DNA of 63,924 nucleotides, filler included, from Octopus bimaculoides (Eukaryota): the NCBI RefSeq assembly GCF_001194135.2. It is 6 parts of 5 records of this genome, joined end to end, with 100 filler letters (N's around TTAATTAATTAA, not from the genome) between each part and the next. Parts side by side here need not be neighbours in the genome. Positions count along the whole stretch, not along the records: positions 1 to 30,930 come from NW_026298045.1; 5 more parts are not named here. The stretch is one strand, 5' to 3'. Position 1 is the first letter of the stretch; every line of letters begins with the position of its first letter. Shown one piece after another: positions 11,691 to 24,901 of the stretch. A program made the translations under genes and the position numbers. Under the pieces are notes generated by a model, which searched no databases, was not told where the DNA came from, and worked only from the letters and a program-made list of their open reading frames with translations.

Positions 11691-14063
11691 TAGATCTATA
11701 TATAATTATATATCTATATAAATCTATTTATGTAAGTATGTATGTATCTAATTATGTATGCATCCATGTGTACATGTATGTATGTATCTATCAGTCAATC
11801 AGTCAATCAATCAATCAGTCACTTACTCACTAACTCACTCACTCACTCACTCACTCACTCACTCACTCACTCACGCAATCAGTAACTTAATGAATCAATG
11901 AATCAATCTATGTATGTATGTATGTATGCATGTACGTATGTGTGTATGTATATATGTATCTATTTACGTATATATGTATGTATGTATCAGTCTATCTATC
12001 ACTCAATCAATCAATCAATCAATCACTCAATCTGTCTGTCTGTTAATGTAACTCAGAATGCGCATGCTCACGACCGTCACCATTCTCTCCTTTGTTCATG
12101 CACTGTTTATCGAAGGTTATATTGTTCACAGTGTTCCTCATTTTTCAATCTAGTAAGGTGTGATATGAGGGGAAATTTAGCTGCTATTTCTTGAAGGCTT
12201 AATGGCAAGACAGGCCAAGGTATTTTTGATCTTTTATTGTTATTTACCTCTGGTCGTTCTCTGAATGAGCATAAATATCTAAAATTTATCAAACCGCATT
12301 CTAGTTGGCAACCAAACATAATCACGTCAGTTCTTCTCTTAGGCTGTGTACAAGTAATCCAGGACTTTATTATGCAATAGGCATTCAATATCTAAGGAAC
12401 GAAGCACAATGTCAATAAACTTAAGACCGAGGCTCTAAGATGTTGCTTGACTTGCTATAAACGATAGTGAAATCATTAATATATCATCACGATTTAAATA
12501 AATACGGGCTCACTGAGGATGATTTAGCTAAGCTGTGTCTAAGCAACGAGAAACACATCATTTAATTGAATATCTCCAAATTCAAGCTATCGGAATTCTA
12601 ATGGCTCCCTACTCAGAATCTTATCTTTCCAAACCCCCTACACAAAAACTAAAAATGGAAGCCCAATTACGTTGGTGAAAAATTTTAAATTAAAATAGCA
12701 ATATACGTATTATACTTAACGTATGTATACCGATCTCATGCAAGCTGGTTATTTTAACTTAATGCTGCATCATTTCTCTATAGTAATGTGACAAATTTCA
12801 ACTAGGCAAGGAACTGAAAGTATACGTCATTGTCAAAGTCTCAAAAAGATCGAAATGCGTCAGGCGTTCTATCTAAGTAAATTTGTTCCGTACGAAAGCA
12901 ACAGTATCTTGCCTGTCAACGCTATATATAAGGTAAGCATGATACATAATATGGCAATAATAATTTAGGCTAGTGGAACGGAAATCGCCATATAACTGTT
13001 CCAGTTTGTATGAAGTCCCAACTATAAATAATCAGAAATACTTTCAGTACTGTGCATCATCGTTGATAAAACCATTGCCTAAGTTAATAGGTCACAAAAG
13101 TAACAAAGTTGTAGACAGTTATCAGAAATAATGTCTAATTGCTGTCATCAGATGAAGTTCTTTCTGGCTACCATCCAAGTGCCGAAAGCTACAACAGATA
13201 TTAACTGAGTTCTATCGAAAGCAGATCTAACGTTTCACGGAGTAGTTACTCTTCCGTAAGCACAGGTTTTAATTGGCAAAAGTCTCAATTAGGATTCAGT
13301 ACCTGCGCTATACTAGCCTGGAATTGCCTTAACCAATGGAAATAATTCCACGTAGTACGTTCCATACAAAGTTTCATTGACTGAATCATTACTCGTGTAA
13401 CCAGCATATGTTTATGAAACTCTGAGTAACAGTGTAAATCACCCAGTAATTACCCGACAAATGCGAGCGAGTATGTAAACGTTTCGTTTTATTAAAAAAA
13501 GCTCAATGGGTAAAGCAGAGTATAGTTAATTTTACAATACAAGACGAGATTGGAGTTCTGGTTCAAGTCACATACTGGCTTGACACGTGACTGGTATGAA
13601 CCTGTAGTTTCCAGTTACTGTTCTGGAAATCTCAGCTAATAAGACAATGTACGCAGATATGCAACGCATATACGTGCACACGCCAGACACGAGCGTATGT
13701 GTGTGTTTGTGTGAAACAAGCACAAGCACACACACACTGTTCATACAAATATACGTATGCTTCAATTATGTTGAAGCGTGTACGTGTGTACGTGTGTGCA
13801 TGTATGTATAAATCCATGCACCTATCAATGTGAAAATGTATGTGCATACAAATATGCCTTTGAATAAATGTGTATGTGTATGCGAATTAATATACACGTC
13901 TATATACAAGTATATACATTCAAACAAGTGGGTGTAATTATGTATATATATATATATATATATATACACACGTACACAGACACATCCATACGCATACATA
14001 CGCATACATACGCAGTGTGTACCTCAATATGATTGTGTGTTTGCTTAATTATACATATACACA

Positions 14064-14099
<36 letters not shown>

Positions 14100-14381
14100 N
14101 NNNNNNNNNNNNNNNNNNNNNNNNNNNNNNNNNNNNNNNNNNNNNNNNNNNNNNNNNNNNNNNNNNNNNNNNNNNNNNNNNNNNNNNNNNNNNNNNNNNN
14201 NNNNNNNNNNNNNNNNNNNNNNNNNNNNNNNNNNNNNNNNNNNNNNNNNNNNNNNNNNNNNNNNNNNNNNNNNNNNNNNNNNNNNNNNNNNNNNNNNNNN
14301 NNNNNNNNNNNNNNNNNNNNNNNNNNNNNNNNNNNNNNNNNNNNNNNNNNNNNNNNNNNNNNNNNNNNNNNNNNNNNNNNN

Positions 14382-14438
<57 letters not shown>

Positions 14439-15742
14439 TACATACATACATACATACACATATACGTATATCTATATACATATGCGTGCGTAGATATCCG
14501 GAATAAATAATTCACTGCTGTAAGATTTAACAATAATCACTCAAGCAGAATGAGATCCAAAGTTTGGAAATGTTTAAAATAGCAATCCTACTGCTGTAAG
14601 GCCCATAAGTTCGTTGTAGCGGACATATGCACATAATTATTTTAAAGCAAACGGCTAAATATATATTCTTAGCATACGATAAATTTCCTCTGCTCTATGG
14701 CGTGTGACGTCATTTTCTTTCGCATGTTACTTACAAGACAGTGTAATACGAGAAATACTTGTTATTTTTTTACGTTTTGTTTTAATCTGCTCTTTTCTTT
14801 CCTTCTCTTCTCTAAGGTAAATATCGTTTAGGAATTTTCTAGAAACGTATTTTTGTTTTCATCCGCCTTATTATGTTGTTATATACGTGTTTAAAAGGAA
14901 AGTTAATAACGTGAATTTCTATTGATTTTGTAATTTTATCTCATCACTCGAAGTTTAAATATAGGTTGGCTGAAAAGAAAATACATTCTTGCATTTCACG
15001 AGGATATTACACTTGTTGTTGTTGTTGTTAGTGTTGTTATTATAGGTGGCGGTGGTGGTGCTTTTGTTGCTGTCAACAATACACTTGCTGTTGTTGTTGT
15101 TGTTGTTGTTCTTACAGAAGCAGTTAATGTTCTCGAAGATTATTTTTCAACCCTCGGTCAGCAACAATTGTGCAGGCATTAAGGTTAAATAAATTCTGAT
15201 CAAGATTACAATATATTGTCTTTTAATCAAATGCGAGGCTCTTCTACGTTTCCAAGAGGATTACGGTGTGATTTCAGTCTGGTTTCGCTTGTTAAGTGAC
15301 CAATGGAGCAACAAGCATTTGTTGTTTTGCCTCGTTATATGACGCAAAATATTTGAATATCCTAAAACCTCTCAAGAATTCATGAAACAGATTGTGTGTG
15401 TGTATATATATATATATATATAAAAGATAAAACTTACTTGGAGACACTGCGTGGCGTTCGATCATATAATAACATAAATAATATATAAATATATGCATAT
15501 ATCCATACATATATGTACATGCCTACCTCTATATGTATACATACATACCTATATGGGTACGGGACATCACACACAAAAAAACAACAACCTTAAACACAAT
15601 GAGAAACGAAAAGATAAAGACGAAGACAGAAAACGAACATTTTTTCAAACAACGAAAAAAAAAAACAGAGAAACGAGACATGCAACATAAAGATTATTTC
15701 CCTTCTTCAGTTGTCCCGCGGAGTAGATGGAACAACGACAAC

Positions 15743-16102
15743 GGTGGTTGTCTACTCGTTATGCAGAGTTTGACCACCTCCTGTACCTACACCTTAGCAC
15801 CACCATGGCATCTGATGCGGCTTATTAAAGCAGACAATGTTCTGAAAATACACCTGCATAGATTGCACATCCGATTTGGACCACCAAAAGCTGCAGATAA
15901 GTTCTGATCTTTGTGGATCTTAAAATGTCTTTTGAGGCCTCCGTTAGATTTGCAAAACTTCTGTCATACATTGCATTCAAAGGTGTGCACAGGCATATAG
16001 GCAGAATTGTTGGTGAAGGTTCGTTTTCCATGGGGTTCACAAATGAGATTTGAGCCCAGCAAAAGAAAGGCATGGTCTGTCACAAACTGTGCACACAAAA
16101 AG
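15743..16102 (-). mobile_element. 3' end of an RTE-like LINE encoding three tandem C2H2 zinc fingers, plus short 3' UTR
   Basis: Minus strand, with a frameshift and a nonsense codon: FVCTVCDRPCLSFAGLKSHL..H / FECNV*QKFCKSNGGLKRHFKIH / MCNLCRCIFRTLSALISRIRCH GGAKV* (stop 15787-15789). Short UTR ends in (GTT/GTC)n. Confidence 0.7.
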
Positions 16103-16206
16103 GTATATAGATATATACTCATATTTACACGTATATATGAGTTAAATCTAATTCATTCACCTCAGATATATGTATATATGTATGTCTGTGTATGTATGTA
16201 TGTATG

Positions 16207-16268
<62 letters not shown>

Positions 16269-16559
16269 CTTATCTATCTATTTATCTATGTGTCTGCCTT
16301 TCCATTCGTGTTTGTAACATATCACTCCTGGGCAACCGGTGTTGTCTGAATTTACATTTCATTAGTTTGAACGGTTCATCAGAAGAGACGGATAGAATAT
16401 ATTCCAGGCTTAAAAGAACAAGTACTGGGATTGAATGAACTCCTCCAGGAGGTGTCCCAGGATGGGAAATTTCAGTATAACCTCTGAGTGAGAATATTTT
16501 TGCAATTATCAGTCCAGACCATATGGTTGCTTTGATTCAGCAACAAAAATAAACCGTGT

Positions 16560-16715
16560 TTTTTACATGCTCCACGTGATAGAACAGACAAGATGCTGAC
16601 AGAAATTTATCGGCGTTAAGCAAAGTATGACATTCAGCGACAAGAATGCTTGGAGAAGTCATCTTAGATATCAAATCCGCGACATACACGCAAGAATGGC
16701 TGCACGGTGTTGATA
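16560..16715 (+). mobile_element. Possible highly degenerate RTE LINE C-terminus
   Basis: KFIGVKQSMTFSDKNAWRSHLRYQIRDIHARM resembles the RTE terminal motif (L.....M..DR..WR). Confidence 0.3.
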
Positions 16716-17651
16716 TAAATGAATGATAGTATGGCACACAAGTAATACGCTGAATAGTCAATAATCTCATTACGAGCCGCAAGGATTAGATGTGCTGCAT
16801 ATAATCCGGCTAGGCGTTGTGTAGTATATCCAGCTTATCAACAGCTTGAAATTATTTAACAGGAAGTATCTTTGGTGGTAAAAATAGGATAGTTCGGATT
16901 TCCCGTTCATGGACATTGTCGAATAACGGAATAATCATCATTGAGACAGTTGTAAATCAATTTATATGGAAAGCGTATGCACACAATACACATATACATA
17001 AGTCTACACATACACAATATACAATATTGAACATGTCTGACAACAAACACACGCACACGCTCAAACGCACACACGCACAGGCACACACAAACACACAAAT
17101 ATTACAGACAAGCCCACATGCCATGCATACATAAATGCATTGATATAAATACGCTCTTGATGCATATAAATTGGTGTTTTTAGTTAGATATGTGCATATG
17201 CGCAAAAATAGTCCACGCAAATATATTTATATGACACCCTCCACAAACATACACATTCTCAGACACGGAGGCATAAGCGAATATACACACGAATATACAA
17301 ATATATGCGAAGTCTCTCTTTCTAGTACGTAGACGCGCACACACATGTACATGTATATATACAGAAAGAAATAGACATTCATATACTGTGCGTATGAATA
17401 TGTTTTGCAGATATTAATATTGCATATGTATCCATGTATACAACATGGAATATATATACACATATACAAACACACACACATACACACACACACATACACA
17501 CACACATGCATATATACGTCTACTTTTGAACATCTGCACATATACATATTCATACACATATATACTCATACACACATACACGCAAGTGTATATATACATT
17601 GTTATGCATAAAACATACACTCCGATATATAAATATATAAATTTATGCGTT

Positions 17652-17683
<32 letters not shown>

Positions 17684-18289
17684 TATATGCATACCTGTAT
17701 TTATATATATACACATATCCTTATATATATTAATGTGCACAACATATACACAGATACATATACATACATATACTTACATGTGCAAACAGATAAATATCTA
17801 TCTATATATATATACGCATATATACATATAAAACCATATATTTGTGCGTTTGTGTGTGNNNNNNNNNNNNNNNNNNNNNNNNNNNNNNNNNNNNNNNNNN
17901 NNNNNNNNNNNNNNNNNNNNNNNNNNNNNNNNNNNNNNNNNNNNNNNNNNNNNNNNNNNNNNNNNNNNNNNNNNNNNNNNNNNNNNNNNNNNNNNNNNNN
18001 NNNNNNNNNNNNNNNNNNNNNNNNNNNNNNNNNNNNNNNNNNNNNNNNNNNNNNNNNNNNNNNNNNNNNNNNNNNNNNNNNNNNNNNNNNNNNNNNNNNN
18101 NNNNNNNNNNNNNNNNNNNNNNNNNNNNNNNNNNNNNNNNNNATATATATACATATATATATATGCATAATGAAGACAGCTATACAAGACAGCAAGACAT
18201 CGTTTATTGATGAGCTGTGATCACTACGAAGAATTGAAGTTTATTAATTATTTCTTTTACTAATTAATTACATCTTTCACATTGAAATT

Positions 18290-18542
18290 AATAACTACAA
18301 CAACAACAATAAATATAATGAAAAGAATACTAATGATAACAACAACAACAACAACAACAGCAACAACAACAGTAACAGCACCAACAGCAAGAATAATGAA
18401 TTATAGACAATAATTACATTGAATTAATAATAATCATTTCAACTCCCCGCTTCTTTCGTTCATCTCTTCCTCCCCCGCCACCATTATTACACGTAACATC
18501 ATCAACAGCAAGACGAATAATCATAGTTACAACAACAGTAAA

Positions 18543-18579
<37 letters not shown>

Positions 18580-18645
18580 GTGATCATAATGATGACGATA
18601 ATGGTGATGATGATAGTGATGATGATAGTGATGATGATGATGATT

Positions 18646-18678
<33 letters not shown>

Positions 18679-18787
18679 ATAATGGCAGTAATAAGAACAA
18701 TGGCAATGATAGTAATAATTATAACTGAGATAATAATAATAGTAGTAATAACAAGAAGAAGAAGAACAACAACAACGATCATAATAA

Positions 18788-18865
<78 letters not shown>
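18290..18865. repeat. Compound (AAC)/(AAT)/(GAT)n microsatellite
   Basis: Direct reading; source of the poly-I and poly-M pseudo-ORFs. Confidence 0.95.
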
Positions 18866-18869
18866 TATT

Positions 18870-18980
18870 TTTTCTACTATAGGCACAAGGCCTGAAATTA
18901 GAAGGAAGGCGACAGTCTGTTACTTCGATCCCAAATGGTTGAAAGGCAAAGTCGACCTCGGTGGAATTTGAACTCAGAAC
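18870..18980 (-). mobile_element. SINE family A, internally deleted copy
   Basis: ataggcacaaggcctgaaatt...gaaaggcaaagtcgacctcggtggaatttgaactcagaac. Confidence 0.7.
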
Positions 18981-18981
18981 C

Positions 18982-19517
18982 AGGCATTGGCTCTTGTGGC
19001 TTCTGATCTAAGCCGATTGGAAGTTTTGTCATAGACATGTTTGGTCTTAGTGTAAAAGATGGGCTACAGCAAATATTCTGCTCCATACCACAGATTTTCT
19101 CGGCAGTTCTTTAACCGTAACCAATTGAGCATGTCCCTTTGTGGCTGACGATATGTGCATCTCTGATCACGAGCAGAAGTAGTGAGGGAGGATCATAGTG
19201 ATGTGTTGAGAGGAATTCTTTGGGGTTTGGGTAATTCACCTCTGGAAACATGGGTGTTTCGTTCAACATCCTTAAACAACCCATATTCAGGGACTTTTTG
19301 AGCAGGATGGGCTACTCGACCCGAAGAAAATTGTAACTGGGCCCCCACCTTCAAGGCCTTGCGCTGTTTATCTTGATATAAGGTCACCATGTCGTGCTCA
19401 TATGGTTGTGAAGCATGTTCCTGTTCTACCTTTATCAGGCAAGTAGTCATGATGAGCTTCGTATATTTTATCCCAGTGTCAATTTGATGGCATGCACTGC
19501 TGTGCAGTCTCACTCAA
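18982..19517 (+). mobile_element. Interspersed repeat, probable SINE or non-coding retroposon (family E), ending at an (AAT)-like tail
   Basis: About 535 bp, richer in GC than its flanks, no convincing ORF, ends ...ctcactcaatagtattaataat. Single copy in this window; family status is recalled, not tested. Confidence 0.5.
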
Positions 19518-19530
19518 TAGTATTAATAAT

Positions 19531-19910
19531 AACATGAGCAACCAGAGAGCGCAAACCTCCGCCATGGCAACACCAACGTCCTCTCAACTATTAGCTAGAA
19601 CTGACCGCGACCTGTTCACTGACAAAATTCCGATACAGCACGGAATTTTATTAAAATGAGAATAACTGAAATAGACTCAACTGCTCTCACAAACGAGAAT
19701 ACTACGGATGAACCTGACTGCTCTCAAAAGCTAAGTAAAAAGACCGGAAAAATAATTCAGAATCCTTGTCTCGTACCGGATCGATCCCAACATCTAATCA
19801 GTTGGTGCCAGTCACGAGGCAACACATTCCTGAAAGTTTCATCCGAATCCATCCGGCGGTTCTTGAGATACTGAAAACACTACGTCCGCCTTACCGAAGG
19901 CGGAGGTAAT
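19531..19910 (+). mobile_element. Non-autonomous Helentron/Helitron-like element (HINE-like architecture)
   Basis: 5' subterminal acctccgcc (19555-19563) is the reverse complement of 3' ggcggaggt (19899-19907). A 3' hairpin tccgcctt-accg-aaggcgga lies at 19885-19904. Confidence 0.6.
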
Positions 19911-19924
19911 TATAATGACAATAA

Positions 19925-20240
19925 TAATTTTGCACTGGGCTTGAAATTCGGGCAGGGAAATAGTATATAGCGTCGACCCCAGCGCGTAACTGGTAAATAT
20001 TTCTATCGACATCGAAAGGATGAATGGGAGAATCAACTTCGGCGGAATTTGATCAGACGAAATGTCGTTAAGAATTTTGTCAAATTTCTCACATGTTGAA
20101 CAGTTTAACAGTTGAACAAATGACTGAAACAAGTAAAAGAGTACAAGAGATGGAAGCAATGTAGACTTTGGTAAAATTTGAACTTAGAGCGTAAATATTG
20201 AGAAGATACCGCTAAGCATTTTGCCCGACGTTTTAACGGT
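19925..20240 (-). mobile_element. Two degenerate SINE family A pieces
   Basis: cgtcgaccccagcgcgtaactggta...cggcggaatttga and aaatttgaacttagagcgtaaa...ccgctaagcattttgcccgacg. Confidence 0.6.
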
Positions 20241-20601
20241 CCTGCCCTCACATCCCCACACCACACATCACGACACTACTACATCACATTACACCACACC
20301 GCTCCATACACACTAGAACTGACCAATTCCCAGCACTCACAACCACACCGTTATCTGCATACACACACATCATCATCCGCACACCCACACACTATTATCC
20401 ACACACCCACACATTACAGACGCACACACACATGCACACATCCACACGTCAAAGTCACTAGCTCCTATCCACACATACACACACACACACTTTCACATAC
20501 ACGCAACGCACGCGCACCTTCGTTTTGAGATAACCAATACTTTATTATCTCCCATTCTTCCTAGCTCTCCTGTAAAGCTATTTTTTCTCAACTAGGCTCC
20601 G

Positions 20602-20789
20602 TGATTGATCACTACATCCACAAGGCTTTTTTTAATAATTCTCTCTGTGTTTATTTTCTCTTATTTCTTTCTGCTGAAGAGCATAGGCTCGAAACATAAA
20701 ATACTTTCTCACTTTCTCGAGCGTCAAACTAATACACCTACTTGTTCTTACACCTGTCTTCATCTTTTGTTTTTCTGTAAATATCAACT

Positions 20790-20790
<1 letters not shown>
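20602..20790 (+). mobile_element. Penelope-like non-autonomous repeat, copy D (diverged, hammerhead-bearing)
   Basis: Collinear with the reverse complement of 8978-9170 (tgattga..., ttctttctgctgaagagc, cgagcgtca, acacctgtcttc). Followed by (CA)n/(TA)n. Confidence 0.7.
20666..20703 (+). ncRNA. Minimal type I hammerhead motif (variant core CUGCUGA), decayed
   Basis: TCTTT-CTGCTGA-A-GAGC atag GCTC-GAAA-CATA^AAATA. Stem III ACGT appears mutated to ACAT; one mismatch in stem I. Confidence 0.5.
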
Positions 20791-20859
<69 letters not shown>

Positions 20860-20882
20860 GTATGCGTGTGTCTGTGTTTATA

Positions 20883-20932
<50 letters not shown>

Positions 20933-21039
20933 AATGTACATATACATATGTTTGCATACAGGAGTATCATATGATCATCTTCATCATCATCATCATCCTC
21001 ATGGTCATCACATGATCATGATCAAATACATCATCATCA

Positions 21040-21208
21040 TCATCATCAGAAGCAGCAGCAACAGCAGCAGCAGCATCATGAAAAGCAGCGGCAAAAATAT
21101 TAAGAATAAACAGAACAAAAACAATAGTAAACAACAACAATAAATGTCATAACAACAACAGCAACAACAACAAGCATAATAACAACGATCTAAATAATAA
21201 TAATGATG

Positions 21209-21254
<46 letters not shown>

Positions 21255-21259
21255 TGATG

Positions 21260-21308
<49 letters not shown>

Positions 21309-21349
21309 ATATAATAATAATAACAACGATATAAATAATAATAATGATG

Positions 21350-21389
<40 letters not shown>

Positions 21390-21553
21390 CGATATAAATA
21401 ATAATAATGATAATAATAATAATAATTATAATAATATTAATAATAATAATAATAATAATAATGATGATGATAATAATAGCGATATTAATAATGATGATAA
21501 TGATGATGATGATGATGATAATGATGATGATGATAATGATGATGATGATGATG
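21040..21553. repeat. Compound (CAG)/(AAT)/(GAT)n microsatellite with higher-order units
   Basis: aacaacgat recurs at 21181, 21322 and 21385. Confidence 0.95.
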
Positions 21554-22712
21554 NNNNNNNNNNNNNNNNNNNNNNNNNNNNNNNNNNNNNNNNNNNNNNN
21601 NNNNNNNNNNNNNNNNNNNNNNNNNNNNNNNNNNNNNNNNNNNNNNNNNNNNNNNNNNNNNNNNNNNNNNNNNNNNNNNNNNNNNNNNNNNNNNNNNNNN
21701 NNNNNNNNNNNNNNNNNNNNNNNNNNNNNNNNNNNNNNNNNNNNNNNNNNNNNNNNNNNNNNNNNNNNNNNNNNNNNNNNNNNNNNNNNNNNNNNNNNNN
21801 NNNNNNNNNNNNNNNNNNNNNNNNNNNNNNNNNNNNNNNNNNNNNNNNNNNNNNNNNNNNNNNNNNNNNNNNNNNNNNNNNNNNNNNNNNNNNNNNNNNN
21901 NNNNNNNNNNNNNNNNNNNNNNNNNNNNNNNNNNNNNNNNNNNNNNNNNNNNNNNNNNNNNNNNNNNNNNNNNNNNNNNNNNNNNNNNNNNNNNNNNNNN
22001 NNNNNNNNNNNNNNNNNNNNNNNNNNNNNNNNNNNNNNNNNNNNNNNNNNNNNNNNNNNNNNNNNNNNNNNNNNNNNNNNNNNNNNNNNNNNNNNNNNNN
22101 NNNNNNNNNNNNNNNNNNNNNNNNNNNNNNNNNNNNNNNNNNNNNNNNNNNNNNNNNNNNNNNNNNNNNNNNNNNNNNNNNNNNNNNNNNNNNNNNNNNN
22201 NNNNNNNNNNNNNNNNNNNNNNNNNNNNNNNNNNNNNNNNNNNNNNNNNNNNNNNNNNNNNNNNNNNNNNNNNNNNNNNNNNNNNNNNNNNNNNNNNNNN
22301 NNNNNNNNNNNNNNNNNNNNNNNNNNNNNNNNNNNNNNNNNNNNNNNNNNNNNNNNNNNNNNNNNNNNNNNNNNNNNNNNNNNNNNNNNNNNNNNNNNNN
22401 NNNNNNNNNNNNNNNNNNNNNNNNNNNNNNNNNNNNNNNNNNNNNNNNNNNNNNNNNNNNNNNNNNNNNNNNNNNNNNNNNNNNNNNNNNNNNNNNNNNN
22501 NNNNNNNNNNNNNNNNNNNTATATACATATATGTATGTATGTATATACATATGTATATATATGTATGTCTATATATATACACGCACACATATATATATAT
22601 ATATATGTAAAATACTATGTATTTTTTCAAATTGTATAAGTCGCTCGGTGTACTTCTGTATCAATATGTAGAAATTTACGTTTATTCGTAGATACTTGCA
22701 TAGATGCTGTTG

Positions 22713-22791
<79 letters not shown>

Positions 22792-23284
22792 CCAGTGTCG
22801 AGCAACGCATAAGGCAGTCACACTACTCCATCAGGATCGGGCAGCAGGCATATCAAACTATTAAACATTTAGGTTCGATTGGAATCTAAATGTTGGATAG
22901 TTTTATATTCGAATTCCAGCAGTAATTGAATCCCATTGTTCCTGGTTAGGAGTAATACAAATAAGCTACACATATGTCAATCAGGAAATGACTTTACAAG
23001 GCTTTACGAAGGTCTAGAAATGTTCATGAAGCGTTTGGTTACTTAATTGTTTAAAAGTATACTGCAAGGGATGCTAAAGGTAAAAGTTAGAGAACCCAAG
23101 AAAAAATGATAAAACTGGAACACTCAGATTTTCACCTCAGTCACATACATACACACATATATGGATACACATGCTCACATACATGTATACACATACATAT
23201 ACATACATAGATATAAACGTGCACATGCATAGACATGCATACACAGACATATATACACATATGTGCATATATACACATATGTAT

Positions 23285-23616
23285 TGTTGGCACTCCGTCG
23301 CTTACGACGTCGAGGGTTCCAGTTGATCCGATCAACGGAACAGCCTGCTCGTGAAATTAACGTGCAAGTGGCTGAGCACTCCACAGACACGTGTACCCTT
23401 AACGTAGTTCTCGGGGATATTCAGCGTGACACAGTGTGACAAGGTTGGCCCTTTGAATTACAGGCACAACAGAAACAGGAAGAAAGAGTGAGAGAAAGTT
23501 GTGGTGATAGAGTACAGCGGGGTTCACCACCATCCCCTGCCGGAGCCTCCGCTCAATAAACACGATCCTATGACCGCGAGTCCGCTGCCCTAACCACTGG
23601 GCCATTGTGCCTCCAC
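23285..23616 (-). mobile_element. tRNA-derived SINE family C, with a deletion in the head
   Basis: Minus-strand head gtggaggcacaatggcccagtggttagggcagcggactcgcgg (A-box-like). Body nearly identical to 44288-44637, but the B-box region is missing. Confidence 0.85.
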
Positions 23617-23640
23617 AACACATATGTATATAGACATGGG

Positions 23641-23896
23641 GACGGCCGGATTGAGAACCTTAGATGCCCTAAGCACTTAAGTTTCGCTGCCCCTACGTAT
23701 ATATGTGTAATCCAATATATAAACGATAATAAACATCAAGACAAAATTTTCCCATCATATAAACCACTTCCAATATTATTTTAGTAAGATGAAAGTGATT
23801 TCTTTGTGTGCTGTAAATAATTTACCATTTGTGGTGCCCACTTCCTTTGGTGTCCTAAGTACATCGTAATTTTGCTTAATGGTTAATCGAGAACTG
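23641..23896. mobile_element. Degenerate hAT-like MITE
   Basis: Imperfect termini gacggccggattga... / ...ggttaatcgagaactg. Internal motif gccctaagcac / gtcctaagtac occurs near both ends. Confidence 0.4.
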
Positions 23897-24061
23897 CTTG
23901 GAAACTGACTGGAGACTGGAGAGTCTACCAGGTGGTTACATATAGATTCTCCTTCTTTATACATCACACACACACACATACGTACGGACACATACGCTCA
24001 CATATACACACACAAATATATTCGAATAACATTTTTTACGTATTCAAATATCTTTATCAGT

Positions 24062-24720
24062 TATCTTTTATTTGTTCCAGTTCATCTGACTGCGGCCATG
24101 CTGGAGCAGCGCCTCGACGCGTTTTAGTCGTACAAATGGACCCATAGAACTTTAAACCTGACACTTACTCTATCGGTTTCTTTGGCGAAACGTTACGAGA
24201 ACGTAAACAAACCAACACAGGTCGTCAAGTGATGATGATGGCGGTGGCACAAACACATATGCAGACTCACACATAGATATAGACACACACGCACACGCAC
24301 ACACACGCACAGACATTTACACATACGCACAAACACACACATAAGAAGAGTTGGCAGAAACGTTAGCAGGCCGGGCGAAATGCTTAGCGGTATTTCGTCT
24401 GCCACTGCGTTCTGAGTTCAAATTCCGCCGAGGTCGACTATGCCTTTCATCCTTTCGGCGTCGATTAAATAAATACCAGTTACGCACTGGGGTCGATATA
24501 ATCGACTTAATCCGTTTGTCTGTCTTTGTTCCCCCTGTGTGTAGCTCCTTGTGGGTAGTAAAGAAATAACACATAAGAAGAGTTTATTTTAGTTCCCATC
24601 TACCAAATTCACTCTCAACCCTTTGATCGACCAGTAGCTATAATAGAAGGCCACACAGCGGGACTGAACCAGGAACCATGCAGTTGGGAAATAAGTTTTT
24701 TAGCACATAGCCACGCTTGT
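24062..24720 (-). mobile_element. SINE family B interrupted by a family A insertion
   Basis: 3' half at 24062-24340 and head at 24585-24720 (ggactgaaccaggaaccatgcagttgggaa) flank the nested copy. Confidence 0.75.
24345..24568 (+). mobile_element. SINE family A, near full length, with a 16-bp target-site duplication
   Basis: Head gagttggcagaaacgttagc...ttctgagttcaaattcc (B-box-like). acacataagaagagtt occurs at 24337-24352 and 24569-24584. Confidence 0.9.
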
Positions 24721-24846
24721 ATATTTAGTACATGTATATACAGATATAAATATGTATGTACATACATAAATGTGTATATACTTCATGTGTGTGTATGTGT
24801 ATACATACATATACTTGAGAATTCAAGTATATGTATGTACATCCTG

Positions 24847-24901
<55 letters not shown>

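Noticed and set aside
15118-15156. Possible 39-nt exon (EAVNVLEDYFSTL) between ttcttacag and gtcagc
   Set aside because: Weak donor, no recognisable homology; expected by chance.
15728-15830. Plus-strand peptide MEQRQRWLSTRYAEF resembling a hAT RWLS motif
   Set aside because: The opposite strand gives a much better explanation (zinc-finger LINE end).
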